Notes under the pieces: model-generated
Databases searched by the model: none
What the model was told of the DNA's origin: nothing
The model's input: only the letters and a program-made list of their open reading frames with translations
Shown here: positions 43,403 to 52,648 of the stretch, one piece after another
Layout: each line of letters starts with the position of its first letter
Position numbering within the stretch: the first letter of the stretch is position 1
Made by a program: the position numbers and the translations under genes
Origin: Chthonomonadales bacterium
GTDB lineage: Bacteria; Armatimonadota; Chthonomonadetes; Chthonomonadales; Chthonomonadaceae
Length of the DNA: 64,000 bases
Assembly: GCA_038217285.1 (NCBI GenBank)
Contig: JBBQPO010000001.1
Coordinates: forward strand, 5,841-69,840
Reading direction: 5' to 3'

Positions 43403-45592
43403 CTATTGCGCCGTGGGAAGCACGGGGTCCGCTTTGGAGAGGCGGCAGGCGCAGGCTTTGTACTCCGGGATTTTGGAGACAGGATCGAGCGCCGGGTTCG
43501 TCAGCAGATTGGCCGATTTCTCGTCGCCCCAATGGTAGGGAATGAACACCGTATCCTCGCGAATTGTCGCCACGATGCTCGCTTTCAGCGTCACCTGCCC
43601 CCGGCGGGTTTCCACCTTCACCCAGTCGCCGGGAACGAGGCCCAGTGGCTCCGCTAGCTTCGGGTGGATCTCCACGAGTGGCTCGGGGTACTGGTCCACC
43701 AGGCTGCCGATGCGCCGGGTCTGGGTGCCGCTCAGATACTGGCTGACGACGCGGCCCGTCGTGAGGACGACGGGATACTCCTCATCCGGCACCTCGGCAG
43801 GCGGACGAAATTCGACGGCGTTGAAATGCGCTTTTTTGTCCGGAGTGAAGAACTTACGGTCTTCAAAGAGGCGCGGGGTGCCGGGATGATCCAGATCTGG
43901 ACAAGGCCAGAAGACCCCCTGTGTGCGCTCGATCTTGTCGTAGGTGATGCCGTAGTAGTCCGCCGTCCCGCCTTTGGAAGCCACTCGCAACTCGTTGAAC
44001 ATATCCTCGGCGGTCTTGTAGGGGAAGTACTGCCCGCGGCCCAGACGGTTCGCGATGTCGAGCAGGATGTGCCAGTCTACCCGCGCCTCCCCCGGCGGGT
44101 CTACGGCTTTGCGGATGCGAATGACACGCCCCTCCGCGCTCGTAGAGGTGCCTTCGTCCTCTTCGTGCAGGGAGCCCGGCAGGACAATATCGGCGTGACG
44201 GGCTGTCTCACTCATAAAGAAGTCGATGATCGTGTAGTGTTCGAGACGGTTGAACGCCTCCTTGGTGAAATCGGCGTCCGGAAGAGAGACGACGGGGTTG
44301 AAGCAGAGCGACAGCAGGCCCTTGATCTCCCCGGCATGCATCAACTGGATGATCTCCTGGGCGGTCGCGCCCTTGTGCGGCATCTCCGACTCGGCGATCT
44401 TCCAGACTTCGGCGATATAGCGACGATGCTCCATATTCTCGATGTCGCGATTGCCGGGCAACTGATCGCACTTGTGCCCGTGCTCGCGGCCGCCCTGACC
44501 GTTGCCCTGCCCGGTGATGGTGGCATAACCGCATCCCGGCCTGCCGAGGCGCCCGGTCGCCAGCACCAGATTGATGCACGACAAGACGTTCTCGACACCT
44601 TTCGTGTGGTGTTCGATGCCGCGCGCGTGGAGCAGAAAACTGGTCTTCGCCGGTCCCCACATCTCGGCCGCCCGGACGATGAGGGCCGGATCTACGCCGG
44701 AGAGTTCGCCCGCGAACTCCGGGGTGTATTTCTCGACCGCCTTTTTGACCTCTTCAAAGCCGCTCGTGCAGTTGTCGATAAACTCCTGGTCGATCCACCC
44801 ACGGGCGATGACGACGTGCAGAATGCCGTTCATAAGCGCGGAGTCGCCGCCGGGACGAACGGGAATATAAAGGTCGGCGGTGCGGGCCATGGGCGTCATG
44901 CGGGGATCGATCATGATGAGCTTCGCGCCCCGATCCCGCGCCCGCCAGATGTAGTCGGTCGTGATGGGCGCGCACTCCGCCACGTTCGCCCCGGTCACGA
45001 GGATGACATCGGCCAGGGGAATATCGTCCCAGGAGTTCGCCGCGCGGTCTATCCCGAACGCCTTCTTGTTGCCTGCGCCGGCCGAAACCATGCAGAGGCG
45101 GCCGTTATAGTCCAGATGTTTCGTCTGCAGGGCGACACGGGCGAACTTGCCCGCCAGATACGATTTCTCATTCGTGAGGGAGACGCCGGAGAGCATAGCG
45201 AACGCGTCTTTACCGAACTGCTGCTGGATGCGCTTGATCTCCGAGACGGTCGTATCGAGCGCTTCGTCCCAGGAGATCGGCTTGAAACCGGCGTCCGTGC
45301 GCTTCAATGGGTGCAGCAGACGGTCAGGATGCTCGTTCTGGAGATAGCGCTTGATGCCCTTGGGGCAGAGTTTGCCCTGGTTGAAGGGGAAATCTTCGCG
45401 CGGCTCGAAGCCGATGACCTTGTTGTTCTTGACTTTGAGGTTGATGCCGCACTGCTGCCCGCAGAAGCAGCAGTGGGTCGCGACGAGCTTATCCGGCTCC
45501 CCCTGATACTGCCAGCCGCCGGGCGGCGTATAGTTCAGGGTCGGGCCGTACTCCCGAATCAGTTCCTTTACGGACAACGGCGGTTTCGCCAT
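43403..45592 (-). CDS. Molybdopterin (bis-PGD) oxidoreductase catalytic subunit, NarB/NasA/formate-dehydrogenase-like, cytoplasmic (no Tat signal)
   Basis: I chose the start [10 protein letters not shown] at 45592. N-terminal 4Fe-4S motif CCFCGQQCG...CPKG. C-terminal molybdopterin dinucleotide-binding domain ([26 protein letters not shown]). Confidence 0.82.
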   Translation of the reverse strand: MAKPPLSVKELIREYGPTLNYTPPGGWQYQGEPDKLVATHCCFCGQQCGINLKVKNNKVIGFEPREDFPFNQGKLCPKGIKRYLQNEHPDRLLHPLKRTDAGFKPISWDEALDTTVSEIKRIQQQFGKDAFAMLSGVSLTNEKSYLAGKFARVALQTKHLDYNGRLCMVSAGAGNKKAFGIDRAANSWDDIPLADVILVTGANVAECAPITTDYIWRARDRGAKLIMIDPRMTPMARTADLYIPVRPGGDSALMNGILHVVIARGWIDQEFIDNCTSGFEEVKKAVEKYTPEFAGELSGVDPALIVRAAEMWGPAKTSFLLHARGIEHHTKGVENVLSCINLVLATGRLGRPGCGYATITGQGNGQGGREHGHKCDQLPGNRDIENMEHRRYIAEVWKIAESEMPHKGATAQEIIQLMHAGEIKGLLSLCFNPVVSLPDADFTKEAFNRLEHYTIIDFFMSETARHADIVLPGSLHEEDEGTSTSAEGRVIRIRKAVDPPGEARVDWHILLDIANRLGRGQYFPYKTAEDMFNELRVASKGGTADYYGITYDKIERTQGVFWPCPDLDHPGTPRLFEDRKFFTPDKKAHFNAVEFRPPAEVPDEEYPVVLTTGRVVSQYLSGTQTRRIGSLVDQYPEPLVEIHPKLAEPLGLVPGDWVKVETRRGQVTLKASIVATIREDTVFIPYHWGDEKSANLLTNPALDPVSKIPEYKACACRLSKADPVLPTAQ

Positions 45593-45707
45593 AGTTCCCA
45601 CGACCTTTCTACTCTTGGGAGGCAGGCGGCTGAAACCGGCTCCGCCTTGCACGAACCTGTCGGGAAATCGAGAACCATCCTATCGACGTCCCGCTTCCCA
45701 CTGCGAC

Positions 45708-46748
45708 CTATAAAAAGCCTGGACCGCCGATGGCTTCCAACTGATTGACGGCGAGCATTTTACGCCGGCAGGTCGGGCAGATGTCCTGATAATGCGTTCC
45801 GTCTTCGTAGGTATAGTCCATTCCCAGTTCACCGAGCACCTGTTTCAGATCGGTAACCTGCAGCAGGGAGGCGAACGTCTCCCCGCACCGCCCGCACGGC
45901 GCCTGCGCCGTCTCCGCGCCCTCCTCCTTGTAGTACTGCACTCCCAGATTGGCGGGACGCTGGAAGATATGGAAGAACTTGCCGAACGGCAGATAGAGCA
46001 GCAGCAGGATGACGCTGTAGGCATGGAGCAGGGAGATGAAACTGTAGGAGTGACCGCGCATCCAGGTGGCGCTGGCCGTCATCATCAGCCCAGTGATACA
46101 GACCGCAACGAGCAGGATAAGCGGCAGGAAGTCCATCGAGAACGACTGCAGGGTCATCGCGCCCTTGTCGTACATACGACGCCGAAACACCAGCGCCATG
46201 CCGACGATGATGGCGATGGCGCAGAAGTCCAGAATATGGAAGGTGACCCAGCCGACCAGCGAGTCCGCCGGGAAGACGCCTGCCGGAATCCCGAAGACCA
46301 TCGCCTGATACATGGCGGGATCGCTTGGAGAGGCTTCGAAGTGGATCCAGCCGAAGACCAGTGGGAACGTCACCGCGAACGCGATGAGGCAGCCCCACGA
46401 CATCAAGAAGTGCGCCGCCCAACGCAGATGGCTGCGCCGCGCAATGAAGAGCTGCAGCACGAAATTGGTGACGAACATCTTCATCAGGTGCTGCAGGTTT
46501 TTCGGCAGGTGGGCGGGCCGCAGGAAAAGCTGCCAGCCACGCCGCCAGTAGAGCCGGGTCGGCGGCTTTTGCAGCCAGATCGAATAGCGGTAGACGATCC
46601 CGAAGGTCGCAAAAACGGTCGCGCTGGTATAGGCGATCAAGGCAGGATCGAAGTACCGAAGCCTGCCGGAGCCGAAGTAGATGCCCAGGACCAGTAACAA
46701 CGAGGCGATGATTCCATTGAGGATGGCTTTACGATCCAGGGGGTGCAT
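45708..46748 (-). CDS. Polytopic membrane protein, NarI/DsrM-like (putative b-haem quinol-interacting subunit) with a C-terminal CxxC...CxxC tail
   Basis: About 8 hydrophobic segments. YLPFGKFFHIFQRP resembles the NarI-family helix end. C-terminal CGRCGETF...CPTCRRK. Confidence 0.55.
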   Translation of the reverse strand: MHPLDRKAILNGIIASLLLVLGIYFGSGRLRYFDPALIAYTSATVFATFGIVYRYSIWLQKPPTRLYWRRGWQLFLRPAHLPKNLQHLMKMFVTNFVLQLFIARRSHLRWAAHFLMSWGCLIAFAVTFPLVFGWIHFEASPSDPAMYQAMVFGIPAGVFPADSLVGWVTFHILDFCAIAIIVGMALVFRRRMYDKGAMTLQSFSMDFLPLILLVAVCITGLMMTASATWMRGHSYSFISLLHAYSVILLLLYLPFGKFFHIFQRPANLGVQYYKEEGAETAQAPCGRCGETFASLLQVTDLKQVLGELGMDYTYEDGTHYQDICPTCRRKMLAVNQLEAIGGPGFL

Positions 46749-47847
46749 CAGGACGGCCTAACCCTTTCTTGACATCTCCCAACGCCGCCGGGAGCGTCCA
46801 CGACTGCCCTATCCCGCGCACAAGCGAGCGGACCAGGCCAAACATGGTGATCGCCCAGGCCGTCAGCGCTAGCCAGGCAAAGACGGCTGAAATCTGCTGC
46901 AGCGGCGCAATATGCATGACGACGGACACCCGGTAGGTGGCCACAGAGTACATTCCCAGAGGAAAGACCAGGCTCCAGTAGGCCGGATGATAGGTCACCG
47001 GAACTCTACATATCAGATGACGCCATATCCCATAGATGACAAGCATCGGCACCCACCAACTGCTCCAGGCCAGGAGAAGCAGAGAGACGCCTCTCAGCAT
47101 AGGCTCCAGCGACGCGAGCAGCGGCGAGGAGGGTGCGGCCGCCAGGAGATTGACGCCTGCCAGCGTGCTGATCGCGGTAGCGCCCAGAATGATCCAGTTG
47201 GGTGGCAGCATCTCGCCCAGATCGAGATGGGCAAAGAAGAGGCGGTAGACAATCAGCGTGATAAAGATGCTATAGAGTGCCACGCCGATCCCCCAGAGTC
47301 CGTACAGCAAAAGGAGGACCATCTCCGTGTTTCCACCAAAACCCGGAGCCAACAGTGCGCCAAGGACCGTGACGGACTGCATTCCGACGATCAGGATCAG
47401 CCAGCTTGAGTTCACCGCTTCCGCCAGGGGCCGGGTGTTGACGAATGTCAGAGTGCTGAAACAGAAGTATGCCAGAACCATACTGCCTACGAAGGCAACG
47501 ATCCAGAGCGTCAGCGCGGGCGCCCTATAGCCTCGCAACAGGAACTGAATACCCAGCACATCGCTCGCTGCCACAAAGGTAAAAAACGTAAACATCGTCG
47601 GCGCACCGATCAGATCTGCCCACAGTTTCGCCCCGAAGCGGAGGGCGCGGTACACGGTAGCGGCAATCAGCACGGGGTACAGGATCAGATTGATCCAGAA
47701 GAGCCATTGCGAGATGTCGCGCATTTTGAGAAAAAAGAGCGCGGTGGACACAATTCCGGTCGCCATGACCATCGAAAAGTAACTGGAATTCATCTTTTCG
47801 TTCGCGGCGGAGGCCCTGTCGGTCAGGCGTTGAATCAAAGCAGTCAC
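46729..47847 (-). CDS. TDT (TehA/Mae1/Ssu1-type) anion transporter family protein
   Basis: 372 aa with ~10 TM segments. N-terminal SYFSMVMATGIVS is typical of the tellurite-resistance/dicarboxylate transporter family. Confidence 0.7.
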   Translation of the reverse strand: MTALIQRLTDRASAANEKMNSSYFSMVMATGIVSTALFFLKMRDISQWLFWINLILYPVLIAATVYRALRFGAKLWADLIGAPTMFTFFTFVAASDVLGIQFLLRGYRAPALTLWIVAFVGSMVLAYFCFSTLTFVNTRPLAEAVNSSWLILIVGMQSVTVLGALLAPGFGGNTEMVLLLLYGLWGIGVALYSIFITLIVYRLFFAHLDLGEMLPPNWIILGATAISTLAGVNLLAAAPSSPLLASLEPMLRGVSLLLLAWSSWWVPMLVIYGIWRHLICRVPVTYHPAYWSLVFPLGMYSVATYRVSVVMHIAPLQQISAVFAWLALTAWAITMFGLVRSLVRGIGQSWTLPAALGDVKKGLGRPDAPPGS

Positions 47848-47860
47848 GTGTTTGCGTTCC

Positions 47861-48103
47861 TCATCTGTCGCTGCGATCCAGGTGGACCAGGTAGTGGAGC
47901 AGCCAGAGGTTCAGGAGGAAGCAGACGCCGGAGGCGCCGAATGTGGGCAGCGCCAGCGCGGTATGCGCCGCCATAAACTCCTCCAGCGCGATGTTCAGCA
48001 GCCAGAGCTGGATCAGCAGAACGGCGAGGATGAGCGCCATCAGGGTCAGGATACCCTGGGTGCGCTGCTCCAGTTTCGCCAGGCGGGGATCGATCCGTCT
48101 CAT
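47861..48103 (-). CDS. Small two-TM membrane protein (80 aa)
   Basis: [36 protein letters not shown].... The ATG overlaps the Rieske stop (ATGA at 48100-48103). Confidence 0.5.
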   Translation of the reverse strand: MRRIDPRLAKLEQRTQGILTLMALILAVLLIQLWLLNIALEEFMAAHTALALPTFGASGVCFLLNLWLLHYLVHLDRSDR

Positions 48104-48594
48104 GCGCCCTGTACTCCTACGGCAAAAATCTGCTCGCCCTCGGTCTTCAGCAGAATGCGCGGCAGCGGTCGCGGCGGCGGGCCTTCCAGAACGTTCCCGG
48201 TCGTCGCATCGAAGGCCCCGTTGTGGCAGGGGCACTCCAGGCGATTGGTATTGGCGGCGAAATGGACGGGGCAACTGAGATGCGTACAGCGCTGCAGATA
48301 GGCGACATGCTCTCCACTCGCGAGACGGATGAGGAGGGCGGGTGAGTCCGCATCCGGGTAGCGAAACAGTTTAACCTGACCGGCCGTCAGCTCATCTGTC
48401 CGTGCAATCGGCTGCCGTGCGAACTTTTCCAGGTGCTGCCGATAGTGCTGCAGGACGAAGTAGCCGTTGCCCAGGAAGGTCGCGCCAGAGATCAGCACCA
48501 GAAATTTGGTAAACTCGCGGCGCGTGACGTAGTTGTCCGCGCCCCATTCGATGGGGAAATCTTCGCGCCATTTCGGCGTCATCTCGTCGCTCAC
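48100..48594 (-). CDS. Membrane-anchored Rieske [2Fe-2S] protein
   Basis: N-terminal TM segment [21 protein letters not shown], then CTHLSCPV...CPCHNGAF. Confidence 0.85.
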   Translation of the reverse strand: MSDEMTPKWREDFPIEWGADNYVTRREFTKFLVLISGATFLGNGYFVLQHYRQHLEKFARQPIARTDELTAGQVKLFRYPDADSPALLIRLASGEHVAYLQRCTHLSCPVHFAANTNRLECPCHNGAFDATTGNVLEGPPPRPLPRILLKTEGEQIFAVGVQGA

Positions 48595-49202
48595 AGCGCA
48601 TTCTCCTTCCGCTCCGTCGTCCGAATGTCCGTCAGGCGAATATCTATCTGGGGCCTGGCGCTGCTTCCGGCGGCATCCGCGCTCTCCGGCATCACCATGT
48701 AGACGTTGGTACGGACGGTCTGCCTGCCGAACTTCCAGGTGTTGACCGGTGTGCCGCGCCGACGCTTTTTGAACTCCTCCGGCGACCCAAAATAGAGGGC
48801 CTCAGACGGGCAGACGGTCGCGCACATGGGCCGTTTCCCAACGGAAGTGCGGTCGTAACACATATCGCACTTCATCATCTGATCGGGCTCGGCGAGGTAC
48901 TTGGGGACTCCGAAGGGGCAGGCAAGCACACAGTTCTGGCAGCCGATGCAGCGCGGCTTGAGGGAGGACTGCACAACGCCGTCGGGCATCTGCTTGATCG
49001 CATCTGCCGGGCAGACCTGGGCGCATGTCGGATTTTCACAGTGCATGCAGACCTGCGGGGTAGTCTGCACGGTTTCCGCGCGGTTGATATATTCCAGATG
49101 GATCAGAGAGACACCACGATGCGTGTCACACTCGCCACACGCATGCACACACGCCTGACAACCGATGCAGCGAGCGGGATCGATGATAAAGACATTCTCC
49201 AA
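48591..49202 (-). CDS. Four-cluster 4Fe-4S protein (DmsB/PsrB-type electron-transfer subunit)
   Basis: Four Cys groups: [37 protein letters not shown] and CDMC...CATVCP. ATGA overlap with the Rieske gene. Confidence 0.88.
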   Translation of the reverse strand: MENVFIIDPARCIGCQACVHACGECDTHRGVSLIHLEYINRAETVQTTPQVCMHCENPTCAQVCPADAIKQMPDGVVQSSLKPRCIGCQNCVLACPFGVPKYLAEPDQMMKCDMCYDRTSVGKRPMCATVCPSEALYFGSPEEFKKRRRGTPVNTWKFGRQTVRTNVYMVMPESADAAGSSARPQIDIRLTDIRTTERKENAL

Positions 49203-49423
49203 CGCGTCACCTCTTTATGGCGCTGACGGCTCCAGGTTTCATCCTGCCGGGATGCCTGCGGAAAAGATATCAGACTGCTTAAAGGCAGCCCTTGTTCTAT
49301 AACCTTAGATATACCCCATTTTCCTCCTTATTATAACCTTCAATGGTCCCGCACCGCATCCCCTAAATGGCGGGTTGTGCTTCAAACCGGCTGCATTTCA
49401 CCCCATTTCGATTGCCAAATCCA

Positions 49424-49454
49424 GGCCGCTCCTTGATCTCCTTGAGGAGCGGCC
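49424..49454 (-). terminator. Hairpin downstream of ric (possible terminator)
   Basis: Perfect 10-bp stem GGCCGCTCCT / AGGAGCGGCC. No clear T-tract. Confidence 0.4.
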
Positions 49455-49474
49455 GTGGGGGTGCGATACCCGTA

Positions 49475-50218
49475 TCAATTTCCGCGCTTCTGTGCGGGGC
49501 AGGCTGTGGACAGTTCTGCTTCGCGCGCCTCCGCTCTGGGAAACAGGATACTGTTCTCTTTATGCACGTGCCGGTGCGTATCGGCTTCCAACTCGGCAAG
49601 CCCATCGAGCATCACGCGGTAAGTGGCGCAGCCGCCTTCGGGAAGTGTGAATCCGTTGGTCAGGCGACGCATGGTCTCCAGCGCCGCTCCTGCCGCCTCG
49701 TGTTCCTTTTCCAACACGCGGATCGAACTGCCTATTGCGGCAGAAGGGGAGGCAGGCAGCGTCTCTACCCGTTCCAGACGATCAATGTAGGGAAAGAACA
49801 CCTTCTCTTCCTCTTGCGTATGCGACTCCATTTCGGCCCGAAACCCCGCGAAAATAGTGGCGAGTTCGACCAGTTCCGGATGTCGCTGTGCATGGACATC
49901 GCGGACCTTTTGAGTCAGGAAGCTCAGGCGCGGGAGCGCTTCGCGCAGATAGGCATGATGGGTCGTGAGGATGTCTGCGATGAGTTCGGAAAGCCGCGCC
50001 GTCCTCCAGTCCCTGCGGTCACCGCGTTCTTCCGTGCCTTCGGCCTGGAGATCACGCAGGATGGCGTCGAGGGCGCCCGACTTGCCCACACAGGCCGCTT
50101 CCAGCCGTTGTTTGCCTCCACAGCAGTAGTCGATCCCCCAGTGTTCAAACAGACGGGCGCGAGACGGGCGCTCCGCGACCAGACCTCCCACCGTTTGCTG
50201 CAATAGTTCGGCGTTCAT
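49475..50218 (-). CDS. ric: Iron-sulfur cluster repair di-iron protein (RIC/ScdA/YtfE family)
   Basis: I chose the start MNAELLQQT at 50218. ScdA_N motif WGIDYCCGG. The remainder is a histidine/glutamate-rich hemerythrin-like domain. Confidence 0.8.
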   Translation of the reverse strand: MNAELLQQTVGGLVAERPSRARLFEHWGIDYCCGGKQRLEAACVGKSGALDAILRDLQAEGTEERGDRRDWRTARLSELIADILTTHHAYLREALPRLSFLTQKVRDVHAQRHPELVELATIFAGFRAEMESHTQEEEKVFFPYIDRLERVETLPASPSAAIGSSIRVLEKEHEAAGAALETMRRLTNGFTLPEGGCATYRVMLDGLAELEADTHRHVHKENSILFPRAEAREAELSTACPAQKRGN

Positions 50219-50392
50219 TAGACTCTCTTCTCTGTTCCAGGAATCCAGGAATTCCCGCCGGAACGTTAATTGGATATACATGTCCAATTAACGATACTGT
50301 ACCGCTCGTCTTTCTCGACTGTCAAGCCAAATGCCGTAAAGCAGGCCACAATCCGCCATTCGGGGGATAAAACAGACCTCTTTTCCTGAGAC

Positions 50393-50426
50393 AAAAAAAG
50401 AACCTACAGCCTGTGACTGTAGGTTC
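50393..50426 (-). terminator. Rho-independent terminator of tRNA-Asn
   Basis: 10-bp perfect stem (50400-50409 and 50417-50426). On the minus strand it is followed by T7 (A-run 50393-50399). Confidence 0.85.
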
Positions 50427-50453
50427 TCGATCATGGCCATTTTATGGCCTATA

Positions 50454-50525
50454 CTCCCTGTGATGGGCTCGAACCATCAACATTTCGGTTAACAGCCGAA
50501 CGCTCTACCATTGAGCTAACAGGGA
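50454..50525 (-). tRNA. tRNA-Asn (anticodon GTT), 72 nt, no encoded CCA
   Basis: Hand-folded cloverleaf: acceptor TCCCTGT/ACAGGGA, D-arm GCTC-AATGGTA-GAGC, anticodon arm TTCGG-CTGTTAA-CCGAA, variable loop ATGTT, T-arm GATGG-TTCGAGC-CCATC, discriminator G. Confidence 0.9.
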
Positions 50526-50567
50526 TCACGCATTAGAAAAGGAGTCGTTAACTCCTCCAACACACCA

Positions 50568-50596
50568 ATTATACTCAAAACATGCCAACCTGTCAA
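50568..50596 (-). promoter_or_regulatory. Consensus sigma70 promoter for tRNA-Asn
   Basis: The minus strand reads TTGACA (50596-50591), a 17-nt spacer, then TATAAT (50573-50568). This lies ~40 nt upstream of the tRNA 5' end. Confidence 0.8.
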
Positions 50597-50868
50597 GGCT
50601 TCTGCCTGCTCTTTAAGCCGCTTTTCCACATTTGCCCATCGGCCTGCCTTTTACCAGAGAAGACATGCCAAGGGGGACTGCACCTAATGCTCTTTGACAT
50701 TCTATTTCGGTAACTCTAATGGCACCGCCGAACTGGCATGGAATGTTGAGCCGCAGAGGATAACTTCCTTTCTGCCTGACTCCTTGCATATTCGAGAGAA
50801 AGTAGAAAATTCCTCCTAAAGAACAGAAATTATTTCAGCGGATGATCAGAAGGTTGAGACGCACGTTC

Positions 50869-51567
50869 CTACTCCGCGCGCATGGCATTGAACAGCGTCT
50901 CCAGGAGCGTGTCGTCGAGGCGGTTCCGCATCTGTGGCGCGATGCAGGGCATACCGTAAGAGAGGGTCGCGTCGCCGTACCCGTTGACGGCGCGCACGTC
51001 CAGGTTCAGGTCGGCAAACGCGATGCCATCGTCCGCAGTCTCCGCCAGAATCGCGCCGATCAAACCGATGATCATGCTTGGCGGGGTGATCGAAGCCGCG
51101 ACGAAGTAGAGGCCATTGTCGAGCGCGCGCGTCCGCCAGGTGATCGGTTTGCCGCCGGCGACCGGCAGGAACAGAATTTCGGCGCCCTGGTGCGCGAAGC
51201 TGCGCGCCACTTCAGGGAAAAACTCGTCGTAGCAGATGTGAATTGCGATGCGCCCGAAGTCGAGATCGAAGAGAGGATAGGCGCTGCCGCAGGAGAAGCC
51301 CTGCTGCAGTTCGCCGAACGTGGGGTGCGTCTTGTCGTACTGCCCCAGGAACCGGCCCTCGCGGTCGAAGAGGACGGCCGTATTGAACAGGTAGTCTCCC
51401 CGCCGCTCGATTACGCCTGCCAGGACGTACATTCGATGCTGTCGCGCCTTCTTGGAGAGGAGCGCGCCTGTCGGCCCGCCCGGAACGGCTTCGGCGACCT
51501 CCCAGTAGGATCCGTACACGTCGCGCGCAACACCGATGATCGGACTGTACTCTAAACGGAACCGCAT
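50869..51567 (-). CDS. Carbon-nitrogen hydrolase (nitrilase superfamily) protein, apparently N-terminally short
   Basis: Catalytic Lys (YDKTH) and Cys (IAIHICYDEFFPE) motifs. A candidate Glu lies in RLEYS at residue 6, so ~35-40 N-terminal residues of the fold appear to be missing. See the finding on a possible frameshift. Confidence 0.65.
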   Translation of the reverse strand: MRFRLEYSPIIGVARDVYGSYWEVAEAVPGGPTGALLSKKARQHRMYVLAGVIERRGDYLFNTAVLFDREGRFLGQYDKTHPTFGELQQGFSCGSAYPLFDLDFGRIAIHICYDEFFPEVARSFAHQGAEILFLPVAGGKPITWRTRALDNGLYFVAASITPPSMIIGLIGAILAETADDGIAFADLNLDVRAVNGYGDATLSYGMPCIAPQMRNRLDDTLLETLFNAMRAE

Positions 51568-51827
51568 GTGCCAGATGCTTGTCCCAGTCGCATCCCTGAA
51601 TAAATCCGATGTCTACCTTCTCCGCCAACTCCTCGACGGTCCCACAACGGGCTTCCAGATCGTGATGGCGAAGGAACGCCTCCACTTCGTCGTCGCCGCG
51701 AAAGCCGTCGTTGTAGACGGCGACATAGCGTGCCCGGCCGCCCTGTTCCAGCGTGCGGGCGAAAGCCAGAGGATGCGAGGTATCCAGGTTGACAACGCCG
51801 ATGCGAATCACGGGGCTGAACTCCTCG

Positions 51828-52619
51828 TCACGGTGCGGCTGGCTCGTCTAAATCGGTGCAGTTCGCCAGCGAGGTTCCATAGGCGTCCCCGATCCCCAGC
51901 AGTTGTTGCATCACACGGGTTTTCGCTTGTGCGAGCGTCTGCTCGGTAGGGGCGTAGCCGGTCCATACCTTCATCCAGAAGTGGCCATAGTTATAGATCA
52001 GGGCGCGACGCGGGGATTCGGTGCGGTTATTGAGCGCGGCGTGATAGATGCGCCCATTGAACAGATAGGCCGTTCCCGCAGAATAGGCCAAACTGACATG
52101 GCCCGGCATCTCGTCGGGATTTTCGACATTGGGCAGCGCGAAATCGTTGGGGAAGCGGTGCGAGCCGGGAATTACGGCGGTTCCACCCCCTCCTTCCGGC
52201 ACATCGCTGAGCAGATAGAAGGCTTTGACCATCAGCGTAGAACGTGGATGATAGACACCCGCCTGCCCGACATCGTGATGCCAATGGGCATGGCTCCGGG
52301 TCTGGGGCAGAGTAATGAAATAGTCGTTGTCGATCATGGAGATGTCATCGCCGAGCAGCTCCCACGCGATGGGGAAGACCTTCGGATGCGCCAGAAGGTT
52401 GAGCAGGACCGGATCGTACTCGATGGGAGCCAGCACCTGTTCGAGATTGGGTCCGCGACTGCCGGGTCGGGTCGGGTCGGCGCGCCAGAGCGCCTCGGCG
52501 CGATCCGCAGCCTTGCGCACGGCTGTCAGCTCCACCGGCGAAAGCGCGTTCGGGATCACAAGATAGCCGTTCGCCTCAAAGCAAAGCCGCTGCTCGTCGG
52601 TCATTACGCGGACAGGCAT
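51828..52619 (-). CDS. Phytanoyl-CoA dioxygenase (PhyH) family Fe(II)/2-oxoglutarate oxygenase
   Basis: I chose the start MPVRVMTDEQRLCFEANGYLVI at 52619 (RBS GGAGG). The HxD motif HWHHDVG is present. Confidence 0.8.
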   Translation of the reverse strand: MPVRVMTDEQRLCFEANGYLVIPNALSPVELTAVRKAADRAEALWRADPTRPGSRGPNLEQVLAPIEYDPVLLNLLAHPKVFPIAWELLGDDISMIDNDYFITLPQTRSHAHWHHDVGQAGVYHPRSTLMVKAFYLLSDVPEGGGGTAVIPGSHRFPNDFALPNVENPDEMPGHVSLAYSAGTAYLFNGRIYHAALNNRTESPRRALIYNYGHFWMKVWTGYAPTEQTLAQAKTRVMQQLLGIGDAYGTSLANCTDLDEPAAP

Positions 52620-52648
52620 CGATTCTCTCCTTCCTCCGGAACTCGGCA

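Noticed and set aside
43664-45748. 694-aa plus-strand ORF, together with similar long antisense ORFs at 7478-9238, 9235-10650, 5611-6411, 35487-36611, 62447-63913, 53270-54901 and 55433-56839.
   Set aside because: All lie opposite genes with clear family motifs. They lack any recognisable motif and have the skewed Arg/Gly/Asp/His composition of GC-rich shadow frames.
50434-50448. Small palindrome GGCCATtttATGGCC immediately 3' of tRNA-Asn, as a separate regulatory site.
   Set aside because: It is too short and too close to the strong terminator at 50393-50426 to interpret independently. It is probably part of the tRNA 3' trailer structure.
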